Source: Promethearchaeota archaeon Loki_b31
Lineage (GTDB): Archaea > Asgardarchaeota > Lokiarchaeia > Sigyniarchaeales > SOKP01
Reading direction: 5' to 3'
Length of the DNA stretch: 26,417 nucleotides
NCBI GenBank assembly: GCA_005222975.1
Contig: NJBI01000049.1
Span: 1-26,417, forward strand
In this document: positions 17,013-26,308 of the stretch, piece by piece
Position numbering within the stretch: the first letter of the stretch is position 1
How the letters are laid out: every line of letters starts with the position of its first letter
Translations under genes and position numbers: made by a program
The notes under the pieces: model-generated
Seen by the model: only the letters and a program-made list of their open reading frames with translations
What the model was told of the DNA's origin: nothing
Database searches by the model: none

Positions 17013-17936
17013 ATGGGTATGACAACGAAAAAGAAAATTCAAGCTTATATAGATTTAACTAGAGCACATTTTGCTCCCGTATGGCCCTTATTATTTTGTT
17101 CTGGTTTAATGCTAGCATTTAAAAATTACGATTATTTCTCGTGGGGGCTCTTAATTCTAGCCGTTTTCATTGGACTTTTTGGGTTTGAAGCTGGATTGGT
17201 ATTAAATGACATTATCGATCATAACATCGATAAGTTAGATACTAATGACAATAGACTTACTAAATATTGGAGACCGTTTAAAGCGAGACCAATACCTTCA
17301 GGAAGAATATCTTTAAGGGAAGCAATTGTAGTATTTGTAGTACTTGTATTGGTTTCTATCGTTTTAATAGATTTTATACCCTTTCCAAATTACATTTACG
17401 TTTACATTATAATGGCCTACACTTATTCAATGGAGATATTTTATCAACTTAAAAAAAGGAATCAGAGGTTTCCAATCGCCCAATTACTTGGAAGAACTGA
17501 CCTTTTATTGTTTCCAATTGCAGGATATTTATGTTATGGACAATTGGATATTACAGTTTTGTTTTATATAATCTTTTTTTATCCTTGGGCACTTGCACAC
17601 CTAGGTATTAATGACTTGATTGATGTAAAGAATGATCAAGCTAAAAATTTAAAAACAGTTACCATTTTATACGGTTTAAATGGCACTATAAAATGGATAG
17701 TCATTTTTTCATTAATTCACCTAATTATTGCCCCGTTTTTCGTGGTTTTTGAAATGGGAGCGATAGCTGTTATAGGATTTACACTTGCTTGGGGAGCGAT
17801 AGTAATCGCTAATATTCTAATAATAAAAGGGAAAGATTCTAAATCAGGATTAAGAGCATTATATCTGTTTCACGGATCGCTACTTATTTATGTTTTATCC
17901 ATAATTATTGATTCGTATATTATAATTTTTCAATAA
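17013..17936 (+). CDS. UbiA-family prenyltransferase
   Basis: NDIIDHNID and NDLIDVKND Asp motifs, RPIPSG, multiple TM segments. ATG at 17013 or 17019 is more likely than TTG at 16986. Confidence 0.88.
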   Translation: MGMTTKKKIQAYIDLTRAHFAPVWPLLFCSGLMLAFKNYDYFSWGLLILAVFIGLFGFEAGLVLNDIIDHNIDKLDTNDNRLTKYWRPFKARPIPSGRISLREAIVVFVVLVLVSIVLIDFIPFPNYIYVYIIMAYTYSMEIFYQLKKRNQRFPIAQLLGRTDLLLFPIAGYLCYGQLDITVLFYIIFFYPWALAHLGINDLIDVKNDQAKNLKTVTILYGLNGTIKWIVIFSLIHLIIAPFFVVFEMGAIAVIGFTLAWGAIVIANILIIKGKDSKSGLRALYLFHGSLLIYVLSIIIDSYIIIFQ

Positions 17937-18003
17937 CTTAACAAGATTAGAATAATAGCCAGTTTTTAACAAAAGCGTTTAAATGATAAATGAAAGAATA
18001 TAG

Positions 18004-18582
18004 GTGAAAATATTAATGGATTTTAGTGAAGCTAAAGGAATTTTAGGAGATGAATTTAGTAGGGATGCAGATTTTTTGAGTTCCGTTGTATCTAAACTAA
18101 AACTAGTAAAGAACTCAAAGGTCTTAGATGTTGGTACGGGTAGAGGTCACATGGCAATATTACTTGCCCTTCACGGTTATCAAGTTATTACAGGCGAACC
18201 TGAGGGTGTTAACTGGGGCGATTGGAAAACACCTGCTAAGAAAGTAAACATTGAGGATATGATTACATTTAAACCTTTTAACGCAGAAAAAATGCCTTTT
18301 GAAGACATTTCTTTTGACGCTATTTTCCTCTACGCTACGTTCCATCATATAGGTAATAAAAAGCTCGCACTAAACGAGTTTCTGCGTGTTATGAAGCCTA
18401 AAGGCATATTGATAATTATTGAATTGACAGATGAAGGGGTTGAAGTAGTAAGAAAGCGATGGAAAGGTCACCCCGATGCCGTTGATCCAAGGGCTTACAC
18501 AAAAGATTTAGTGTTTGAAGTAAAAATTATAGAAAGTAAGTATTTGAACGCTTATATTTATAGTAGGATTATAAATGAGTAA
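18004..18582 (+). CDS. Class I SAM-dependent methyltransferase
   Basis: VLDVGTGRG, AEKMPFEDISFD, FHH, RVMKPKG. Confidence 0.9.
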   Translation: MKILMDFSEAKGILGDEFSRDADFLSSVVSKLKLVKNSKVLDVGTGRGHMAILLALHGYQVITGEPEGVNWGDWKTPAKKVNIEDMITFKPFNAEKMPFEDISFDAIFLYATFHHIGNKKLALNEFLRVMKPKGILIIIELTDEGVEVVRKRWKGHPDAVDPRAYTKDLVFEVKIIESKYLNAYIYSRIINE

Positions 18583-18655
18583 TCCGAGATGGATAGGAAA
18601 ACTTAACATTTATTAATTAAAATATTTTATTTAAATTTTTTTGGAGGTTCTATGC

Positions 18656-19306
18656 ATGAAAAATGAAAATCGAAGGCAAAATATTTGCAATGTAGAAGCT
18701 ATAAATTGCCAGAAATGCTCTGTGAATGGAAAATTAATGTGTAAGTTTGATATAAAAGACACAATCTATTTTATAATCCCTGTTTTGAGCGTATGGATTG
18801 TTTGGATAGCAGGAGTTTTACATGGTTTTATTTCTGGAGGGTTAAATACTCTTCAATTGATCTTCTTATTCTCGAGTTATATTGCGTATTTAGTGTTTTT
18901 CTTCCAAGTCTGGGAAAATAAAATTCTCTGTAGTCATTGTCCTTATTATGCTTTTGAAGATGAGAAAAAGGTCAAATGCTATGCAAATTATGGCATTTAT
19001 AAGGCTTGGAAGTATGATCCAGCTCCTATGAGTCGCTCAGAAAAAATTCAATTCATAATTAGCCTCACAATTTTCGCTGGTTATCCTTTAATATTTTTAC
19101 TCTTAGCAAAAATGTACATTTATTTTGGAATCGCACTAATTTTTTCAATAATTTGGATCGTTTCAATGCATTTTCTCAGTTGTTCTAAATGTCCTAACTT
19201 TAGCTGCCCATTGAATGCCGTTCCAAAAAACGTAGTTGATGATTATTTAAGGCACAATACCGTAATGCGAAAAGCGTGGGAAGAACAAGGATATATTATA
19301 GATTAA
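18656..19306 (+). CDS. Four-TM membrane protein with three Cys clusters, function unknown
   Basis: GGAGG at 18643-18647 precedes ATG 18656. Cys motifs CQKC, CSHCPYY, CSKCPNFSCP flank two TM hairpins. Confidence 0.75.
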   Translation: MKNENRRQNICNVEAINCQKCSVNGKLMCKFDIKDTIYFIIPVLSVWIVWIAGVLHGFISGGLNTLQLIFLFSSYIAYLVFFFQVWENKILCSHCPYYAFEDEKKVKCYANYGIYKAWKYDPAPMSRSEKIQFIISLTIFAGYPLIFLLLAKMYIYFGIALIFSIIWIVSMHFLSCSKCPNFSCPLNAVPKNVVDDYLRHNTVMRKAWEEQGYIID

Positions 19307-20589
19307 TCAATATGCTTCTTTTTTATATTTCGTGAGAGGTAGATTATAGGTATAAAGACCGAGAATATAAAAATTATAAGGAATATGAATATCGCATATA
19401 TATTAATTTCCGCAACAAAACCCGCGAAAATGGGCGTTAAGCCGAACCCTATGCCTTTTAAGACTTCATTTGTTGTAGAATATTTTTTAGTATTTCTTTC
19501 AGCACCGTAATCAATCATAATTTTTAAAGAAGCACCTTGGATTAGTCCAATGAAAAGGCCGATGCTTGCACTAATTATTGAAATATATAACAAATTTTGG
19601 GTGATTATGATTGCAAAGGAGCTAAAAACGATCATTATAAGGCTTGTAAATACAGATACTTTTCTGTAATAAATTTTCATAGAATTACTCCAAGTTAAGC
19701 CGATTAATTGACCAATTTGGATAGAAAGTTGAATGAGATATGCAAAATAAGAAGGGCTCCCGAATGATTTAAGAAATACAGGATAACTAAAGCGAAATAT
19801 GGATTTTGATGCAGCATATACAAATAAAGTTAACCAAGAAAATAATATAGGATATACAATCATATGATTATTTGATTTTTGTTTAGGCACCTTTCTTAGA
19901 TTCACATCAGAGTTAAGTTTAATATTATATTGCTCTATATTTATCGTTTTTTCGCCTAAATGATTTAACTCTGAATCTTTTTTAAGAAATAAACTAAAGG
20001 GTAGTAAAAGAAAGGAAAGAAAAAACGCTATCGTCATGGTAATGTACTCATTCAATGTTAAAGCCCATAAATAACCAAAGAGAAGTCCTAATATAAAACC
20101 AAGATTCCACGAGAAATTGAATTGTTTGAAATTTCTATTAGATTTTTCCTCGTTACTTACGCTTTGCCATCTGCTTAGGAGATTATAGCAATTAGGCCAG
20201 TAAACGCCTAACGATATCCCGCTTAGGATGCGAATAGAAATTAGATATAAGGGATCAAAATATAACATCTGAGCACCCATTAATATCGGTGTGGAAATAG
20301 AAGAAAGGATTATTGAATTTCGAATTCCTAGTTTTGAAGTAATGAATTGACCAACTAATGGACCAATAATATAAGCAGCTGCCGTTGCTGAACTAATAAA
20401 TCCTAAGATACTTTCGTTGATATCTACAGTGAAATACAAATAGTTTAGAAATGCTCTTTCGAAAATTGAAATGAAAAATAAACGTGTAAAAGAAAGTAAA
20501 AATATTGGCCAAGTACGATAAGCTATTGTACTATCGCATTTTGTTGCTTTCTTAGATTGAAAGAGAGGCGAGCCTTCTGGGTCTACCAT
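19303..20589 (-). CDS. MFS transporter
   Basis: About 12 TM segments in 6+6 arrangement with a central loop; GQFITSKLGIR (motif A-like); RILSGISLG. Confidence 0.85.
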   Translation of the reverse strand: MVDPEGSPLFQSKKATKCDSTIAYRTWPIFLLSFTRLFFISIFERAFLNYLYFTVDINESILGFISSATAAAYIIGPLVGQFITSKLGIRNSIILSSISTPILMGAQMLYFDPLYLISIRILSGISLGVYWPNCYNLLSRWQSVSNEEKSNRNFKQFNFSWNLGFILGLLFGYLWALTLNEYITMTIAFFLSFLLLPFSLFLKKDSELNHLGEKTINIEQYNIKLNSDVNLRKVPKQKSNNHMIVYPILFSWLTLFVYAASKSIFRFSYPVFLKSFGSPSYFAYLIQLSIQIGQLIGLTWSNSMKIYYRKVSVFTSLIMIVFSSFAIIITQNLLYISIISASIGLFIGLIQGASLKIMIDYGAERNTKKYSTTNEVLKGIGFGLTPIFAGFVAEINIYAIFIFLIIFIFSVFIPIIYLSRNIKKKHID

Positions 20590-20724
20590 AATCTAAACCT
20601 AAATAATTTGTTAAAGAATATAAATCTATATCTCTCAAATACTTTTTCGTTATAATATGAAAATATTTATTAACAAATTGTTTCATAATTTATGTACATT
20701 TAATTCAAAAAATTGTGGTAAAAA

Positions 20725-21696
20725 ATGAACGTAAAAAACATTAAAGGGAGTACTGAAATCAATTCAGGTCAATTCTTAGGGTATGCTTTGTGGAAACAAT
20801 CAGATGGATTTCATTTGAGATGGACCACGAAAGGAAGTAAAACTCATAACTTCCAAGGAAAAATAATTTGTGAAGAAAAAGTTATGATTACAAAAAGGGT
20901 TAGATCTGAAACGGAGATTGACACAAGAGAAAAAAACACAATTGGATGGGACACTACATTACAAGGACAAGTGGATGGATTTGATTTCCGTACTCCAGGA
21001 AATTTCACAGTTGATTTAAAGATAAAAAAGAAGAAAATTAAAACAAAAAATATTTTTTTAGGCCCAAACTTGACACAACCAGAGAATAATCCCTTTACAA
21101 TCATTCAAAAAATTGCTGAAAGGAAATTAGAAGTAGATACAAAGAAAGTAAAAAAGGAGATTAAAGAATTAAAGCCAGAACCAGTATATGAGCCAATTCC
21201 AAAACCTGAACTTGAACCAGTATATGAACCTACGCCAGAACCAGAACCAGAACCAGTATACGAACCTACGCCAGAGCCCGAACCTGAACCAGTATACGAA
21301 CCTACGCCAGAGCCCGAACCTGAACCAGTATACGAACCAACACCAGAACCTGAGCTTGTATATGAACCTACACCAGCACCGGAACCAGAACCAGAATATG
21401 AACCTATACCAGAACCTGAACCTGAACCGGTATATAAACCTATGCCAGAACCAGTATATGAACCTGAACCAGAACCAGTATATGAATCTACGCCAGAGCC
21501 TGAACCAGAACCAGTATACGAATCTACGCCAGAGCTTGAACCAGAACCAGTTTACGAACCTACACCCGAACCAGTATTCGAACCTATTCCTCGTCCAGAA
21601 CATGAACCACTCTCAGAACCTTTTTACAAGCCTAAGCCCGAAGAGGATGAAGAAACCGAGGATGAAGATGAAATGAAATCCTCAGATGAATACTAA
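20725..21696 (+). CDS. Beta-rich N-terminal domain + Pro/Glu/Tyr tandem-repeat protein with an acidic tail
   Basis: [14 protein letters not shown]...DGFDF...IFLG...P..NPF domain, then an (EP)nVYEPTP array. Confidence 0.85.
   Translation: MNVKNIKGSTEINSGQFLGYALWKQSDGFHLRWTTKGSKTHNFQGKIICEEKVMITKRVRSETEIDTREKNTIGWDTTLQGQVDGFDFRTPGNFTVDLKIKKKKIKTKNIFLGPNLTQPENNPFTIIQKIAERKLEVDTKKVKKEIKELKPEPVYEPIPKPELEPVYEPTPEPEPEPVYEPTPEPEPEPVYEPTPEPEPEPVYEPTPEPELVYEPTPAPEPEPEYEPIPEPEPEPVYKPMPEPVYEPEPEPVYESTPEPEPEPVYESTPELEPEPVYEPTPEPVFEPIPRPEHEPLSEPFYKPKPEEDEETEDEDEMKSSDEY
21175..21640 (+). repeat. Coding minisatellite, ~36-bp (12-aa) unit with length variants
   Basis: GAACCAGTATACGAACCTACGCCAGAGCCCGAACCT is exact at 21250-21285 and 21286-21321; degenerate copies on both sides. 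Confidence 0.9.
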
Positions 21697-21864
21697 ATCT
21701 AAATCAGATATTTTTAAATTTTAATTCTTCTTTATATTACATACGATTTACTTTATTTAATCAAATAAAAGTAACTTAGTTTTAACATTTGATGAAAAAT
21801 GTTAGAAAAGAATCATTATTTTAACAAATTGAACTTAAATCTGGTGATTAATTACTGCCAGATT

Positions 21865-21979
21865 CTATTGGCTTTTTTTTTCAAAAAAACAGACTGTTTT
21901 CAATGCTCGTTTCAATAACGCACTTGTAGTCCTTGAAGGCTACTTAGGAAAACACATATGCATGATTTTTAACTTCCAT
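21865..21979 (-). pseudogene. Possible degraded 5' remnant of a flavodoxin/FMN-reductase gene
   Basis: MEVK / (frameshift) KIMHMCFPK*PSRTTSALLKRALK loosely resembles 'MKILGI.GSPR....T..LL..AL'. Confidence 0.25.
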
Positions 21980-22026
21980 CAACTAATCTAGTTTTCGAAA
22001 TTACATTAGAAAGGAGTTAAAAATGG

Positions 22027-22179
22027 ATGAAGATATATTTATTAATGGCTCAAAAAAGTGAACATTTCCTATTTGACTACCAATTATTTGAATTATATAT
22101 TCTACTTAGTGATATTTATGAATTAGTGAATATAATAGATGAAGAAAAGGTTTATAAAGGAGAAATGATTTTTTATTAA
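22027..22179 (+). CDS. Small acidic hypothetical protein (44-50 aa)
   Basis: MKIYLLMAQKSEHFLFDYQLFELYILLSDIYELVNIIDEEKVYKGEMIFY*; AGGAG lies just upstream; not in the ORF track. Confidence 0.3.
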   Translation: MKIYLLMAQKSEHFLFDYQLFELYILLSDIYELVNIIDEEKVYKGEMIFY

Positions 22180-22286
22180 TAATCAATGAATGTTAATACT
22201 CAATTATTATCATATAGTATTTGATTGAACAAGAAATGATTTAAAACCTAATTGATGAGGTGGCTAATTCGATATGACGGATTAGC

Positions 22287-22475
22287 ATGTCAGTAATATA
22301 TCAAAGGCAAAGAAGAAAAAAGAAGAAATATCCCCGAAACAGAATCAATAGAAAAATCCTTAATAAACAAAAATTAAGGAAAAAAGTAAAAAAATCTCGA
22401 GGATGGAAACTTGATTATCCTGAGTTATTCGAATACTCTGATAAGTTTCCTTATATCATCAGGAAGAAGCTGTAA
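22287..22475 (+). CDS. Small highly basic protein
   Basis: 62 aa, Lys/Arg-rich N-terminal half; TTTAAAA (22240-22246) preceded by a purine-rich BRE-like run. Confidence 0.55.
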   Translation: MSVIYQRQRRKKKKYPRNRINRKILNKQKLRKKVKKSRGWKLDYPELFEYSDKFPYIIRKKL

Positions 22476-22518
22476 AAAATACTAATATTATTATTTTTTT
22501 TAATTCATTTTAAGTTGT

Positions 22519-23358
22519 TTATTCATGCGGTAGTAGGGTTACTAGAGATATTATTAAGATTATCCCACATAAAAAAATTAATGCCTGTATTATCGATTTT
22601 TTTAAATCCTTTTCCTTTATCAATTCAGGCATGAGTTCAGTACTAGCGATATATAAAAATCCACCACCCGAGAATGCTAAGAAAAACAGATTAAAGATTT
22701 CTACGTTGTCTGACAAGATAAATGCTGTTAATCCACCTAATAAGGCAATCATTCCACTAAGAAAATTAAAGAATAGTGCTTTTTTCTTTGAAAATCCACC
22801 ATATAAAAGTATTCCGAAATCTCCGATTTCTTGAGGAAACTCGTGGAACAGTACAGCGAGTGTTATTATAATACCGTTTCTAGTTCCACTTAAAAAAGCA
22901 ACCATTATTATTATCCCATCTAAATAATTATGAAGTCCATCCCCGATTAAATTAAGAAGAGCAAAACTTTTAACGCCACTGCTGCGTGACAAAGAAAAGT
23001 CTTCACCCTCTCCTAATCCGGTATAACACACCAACTTGTTTTCTTTTTCGTGAGCATGTCCATGAAACCAATAAATAAAGCGTTCAATGACAAAAAATAT
23101 CACAAAACCAAAAATAATAAACACAAAAACTAAGTTTTCAGCAATTCCAGCTCCACCTGAATTCAATTCCTCTAGATGGTGAATAGATTCTGGAATTAAA
23201 TCGAATAACGCAGATGCCAGAATTGTGCCAGTTGCAAACGCCACCAGAATGAAAAGAATTTTATCTAATGTCTTTTCTCTAATTGAAATCATAAATAATC
23301 CAATTAAACTGAGACAACCAATAAAAAATATCGTTAAAAAGCCAATAATTACTTCCAT
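22519..23358 (-). CDS. ZIP-family (ZupT-like) divalent metal transporter
   Basis: FATGTIL...LIPES, His loop WFHGHAHE, DGLHNYLDG, HEFPQEIGD. Confidence 0.93.
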   Translation of the reverse strand: MEVIIGFLTIFFIGCLSLIGLFMISIREKTLDKILFILVAFATGTILASALFDLIPESIHHLEELNSGGAGIAENLVFVFIIFGFVIFFVIERFIYWFHGHAHEKENKLVCYTGLGEGEDFSLSRSSGVKSFALLNLIGDGLHNYLDGIIIMVAFLSGTRNGIIITLAVLFHEFPQEIGDFGILLYGGFSKKKALFFNFLSGMIALLGGLTAFILSDNVEIFNLFFLAFSGGGFLYIASTELMPELIKEKDLKKSIIQALIFLCGIILIISLVTLLPHE

Positions 23359-23446
23359 CTTATATCTACCTCAGTTTTATTTATAATTCTGCTATATGTA
23401 TCTTTTTTATATATTGGATAACAACCATAAAATAAAAAAAAATTGT

Positions 23447-23926
23447 TTACTGTTTTAATAATATTTTTTTAATTTTTTTACGAATTATCATTAACATAGA
23501 AATTACAGAAACAACAAGAACTAAATATAGCCCCATATATCCAGGAATAGCTCCATCGGTAGGTGTGCTTTCACCCCCCAATGTTCGTGTTATGGAGCCT
23601 CCTTGGCTGCATGTTGCTGTAACTTGAATAGTAGATTCGTTTTTGGTTATCACAGTATATTCATAAATAAAAAACAACAAATCGGGTTGGCTTGTGTAGG
23701 TTTGGCTCTTGTCAATAGATCCATTAACTCTAATAACTACTGAAATTACGTAATGAGATGAGTTATCAGAAACTCCGTGCGTGATTGAAACTTTAAGTGT
23801 ATTTGTACCTAAATTGTATTCTAAGGACATATCATCCGGTGGGTGCGCTCTAACATTAATGCCTGCTATGGTTAAGAATACGATAAAGAAGATCGATAAA
23901 AAATAATATGTATTTTTTTTAGGCAT
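23447..23926 (-). CDS. Secreted, C-terminally anchored (Loki-CTERM-like) protein with a desulfoferrodoxin/SoxZ-like His/Cys Ig domain
   Basis: Signal peptide ending VRA|HPP; ITH, HYV..V...NG, ATCSQGG; C-terminal GAIPGY-TM-RKKIKK. ATG 23926 preferred over GTG 23956. Confidence 0.65.
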   Translation of the reverse strand: MPKKNTYYFLSIFFIVFLTIAGINVRAHPPDDMSLEYNLGTNTLKVSITHGVSDNSSHYVISVVIRVNGSIDKSQTYTSQPDLLFFIYEYTVITKNESTIQVTATCSQGGSITRTLGGESTPTDGAIPGYMGLYLVLVVSVISMLMIIRKKIKKILLKQ

Positions 23927-24241
23927 TTTAATCAAGTTTTTGGTTATGAACTTCACTTAAGTGAAATATGGTTATAAATCTAATAATTTAGTATTTAACA
24001 ATTTACTTTATAATTTTAAAGCTAGAATCTAATGTAAAATGTTAATAAGCTGATAAAGTGCTCAATCATAAGAAGAATTTACAGCAATTGCAATTTAAAT
24101 ATTTACCAAGCTTTTCTTTATAGTTTCTTATCTTAAATTGTTTATTTGTCTCTCCAAAAATTCTTTTATAAAATAAGAATAAAAATTAAAAAGTGGAAAT
24201 TCTAATTTAAACTAAGTTTAGTAAATCGTATAAAAATTCTA

Positions 24242-24817
24242 ATGCTAAAAATAAAATTTAATAAAAATAGGCAGAGCAGAAGCACTCTATATCTAATTAT
24301 GGTTTCGCTGCTTCTTATACAATTTTTTAATTTTACTTCGTTGGGGATAGCAGCTGATCCAGTAAGAACGGATATTTCTGTTAGCGTAGCGAACGATATG
24401 ATAAATAATAACACTGCATATCCAGATCTGCTTGTTTTAGATGTAAGGACAGATGCAGAATATAACACGAATCATTTACATAACGCTACTTCGATCCCAC
24501 TTGCCGAACTTGCAGGAAGATTGACTGAACTCGCACCCTATAATGATACAGAGATTATAGTATATTGTAATACTGGAGTTAGAAGTCTTGAGGCAAGCGA
24601 AATCTTGGTTGCTAACAATTATTATAATTTTACGAAAGTTTATAATATGTTGGGAGGAATTTCTGCTTGGATAGCTGAAGATTACGATTATTGGCTAAAT
24701 GAGGCAGTAAATAACATTGATTTCGCATTACCTGTATTTCTTGTTTCTATTATAGGAATAATTTTTGTTCTAGTTCTCTTTTCTAAGAGGAGATGGAAGT
24801 TAGTGAAGACCTATTAA
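24242..24817 (+). CDS. Membrane-anchored extracytoplasmic rhodanese-domain protein
   Basis: N-terminal signal/TM, LDVRTDAEY..HL, active-site YCNTGVRS, MLGGISAW, C-terminal TM + KRR. Confidence 0.88.
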   Translation: MLKIKFNKNRQSRSTLYLIMVSLLLIQFFNFTSLGIAADPVRTDISVSVANDMINNNTAYPDLLVLDVRTDAEYNTNHLHNATSIPLAELAGRLTELAPYNDTEIIVYCNTGVRSLEASEILVANNYYNFTKVYNMLGGISAWIAEDYDYWLNEAVNNIDFALPVFLVSIIGIIFVLVLFSKRRWKLVKTY

Positions 24818-24877
24818 ACTTACTATAACAAAATTTCGATTAGTAAAGCTTATTAAACTAAAAAGCCTTGAAAATAT

Positions 24878-25669
24878 ATGAAAACAACAATATACTACTT
24901 TACTGGAACAGGTAATTCGCTGAAAATTGCCAAGGATCTAGAAGAAAAATTAGAAGAATGTGAACTTATTCCTATTGCGAAAGTTTGGGAGGATGATGAC
25001 CTTGCTTCGTCCAGCGAAAAAGTTGGTTTTATTTTTCCTCTTTATTACGCCGGATTACCCAAAATTGTATATGATTTCCTAAGCAAAATAGAACTCGGTA
25101 AATCCAATTACTTCTTTGCTGTTATAACTAATGCTGGAGATATTAACAATACACCCTTACAACAAATAGAGACAATTTTAAACGCGAAATCGAAAACATT
25201 GAGCGCTGGATTTTTTATTATGATGCCTAACAACTATATAATTGGTTACGATGTTCACTCAGAAGCACGCCAAAAAGAATTTTTTGAAGAAGCAAATAAA
25301 AAAATTGAATCCATTCATAAAACCGTTGAGACAAATGAAAAAAATCTGGGGAAAGACATTTTTGAGAAACGTAGAATTAAAAGCGAAAAGTTCAATAAGG
25401 GTTTTCGAGATAATGTTTATAGATACGACAAATCATTCTACGCTGAAGATACTTGTACCAGTTGCGGTATATGCGTAAAAGTATGTCCGGTAAATAATAT
25501 CACGCTTGAAGAGGGTATACCTCAATGGGAACATAAATGCCAGCAATGTTTGGCTTGTATTAATTTTTGTCCTGAGAAATGTATTCAGTTTGGGGATAAA
25601 ACGTTAAAAACACAGCGATATCACCATCCCGAAATAACAGTTAAAGATATAATAAACCAGAAAAATTAA
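24878..25669 (+). CDS. EFR1-family flavodoxin-ferredoxin fusion
   Basis: YYFTGTGNS, MPNNY, CTSCGICVKVCP, CQQCLACINFCP, RYHHP. Confidence 0.92.
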   Translation: MKTTIYYFTGTGNSLKIAKDLEEKLEECELIPIAKVWEDDDLASSSEKVGFIFPLYYAGLPKIVYDFLSKIELGKSNYFFAVITNAGDINNTPLQQIETILNAKSKTLSAGFFIMMPNNYIIGYDVHSEARQKEFFEEANKKIESIHKTVETNEKNLGKDIFEKRRIKSEKFNKGFRDNVYRYDKSFYAEDTCTSCGICVKVCPVNNITLEEGIPQWEHKCQQCLACINFCPEKCIQFGDKTLKTQRYHHPEITVKDIINQKN

Positions 25670-26308
25670 TTATCTTTCTAATTTTATTTTCTTTTGTTTC
25701 TTTAATTTCGGAAAGAACATTGGGACTCTTTCTTTATAGCTCTCATAGTCTTCTCCAAATTCTTTAATTAATTCTTTTTCTTCTTTCCAAGCAACCAAAA
25801 AATTTAGAAGGATTACCAAAGGTGTTAAAATTAAAGAAAACAACGACGATAACATAAAAGAAATTCCAATATGGGCCAGGATTCCACCAAAGTATTGTGG
25901 ATGTCTAATTAAAGAATAGATTTTGGTGGAAACGATTTTTTCTGTTCTATGTGTTTCCGCTACTTTAAGAGAAGTTTCTCTTACACTTACAATTCCAAAC
26001 CAAGCACCTATTAATATAAAAGGAACGGAGATCAATAAATAAAAAATAGGTATTGAAAAGTTAATAAATGGTATAATAATACTGGGATTTTGCATAAATG
26101 GAATTTTTAATCGAGGTTGAGGCGAAATCCATACTCCAAACCAGAAAATAAAAAACCCCCATCCAGATGTGAGCCCGAGTATTCCAGTAATTTTATTACC
26201 TTTACCCGCTCCATATTTTTTTTGAAACCTTAAATGCTCGACAGATAAAAAATGAAGTGGAACCATAAAGCACATACCTAAAATAGATAAAACAAACCAC
26301 GGATACAT
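25670..26308 (-). CDS. Isoprenylcysteine carboxyl methyltransferase (ICMT/PEMT) family protein
   Basis: YSLIRHPQYFG, EEKELIKEFGEDYESYKERVP; multiple TM segments. Confidence 0.9.
   Translation of the reverse strand: MYPWFVLSILGMCFMVPLHFLSVEHLRFQKKYGAGKGNKITGILGLTSGWGFFIFWFGVWISPQPRLKIPFMQNPSIIIPFINFSIPIFYLLISVPFILIGAWFGIVSVRETSLKVAETHRTEKIVSTKIYSLIRHPQYFGGILAHIGISFMLSSLFSLILTPLVILLNFLVAWKEEKELIKEFGEDYESYKERVPMFFPKLKKQKKIKLER

Noticed and set aside
21175-21640. Possible CRISPR array (36-bp repeats)
   Set aside because: Units are contiguous with no unique spacers, lie in-frame within a CDS, and no cas genes are present.
21169-21676. Trp/Phe-rich antisense ORF (21169-21603) and Asn/Gln-rich alternative-frame ORF (21188-21676)
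   Set aside because: Stop-free shadows of the Pro-Glu repeat. Variation between units is largely synonymous in the Pro-Glu frame.
1955-24817. Dispersed chr operon (ChrB + rhodanese + SOD/SOR-like)
   Set aside because: The genes are more than 20 kb apart, the rhodanese is exported, and there is no chrA.
25670-26308. ICMT as evidence for eukaryote-like CaaX processing
   Set aside because: The family is widespread in prokaryotes, and no CaaX prenyltransferase or substrate is seen here.
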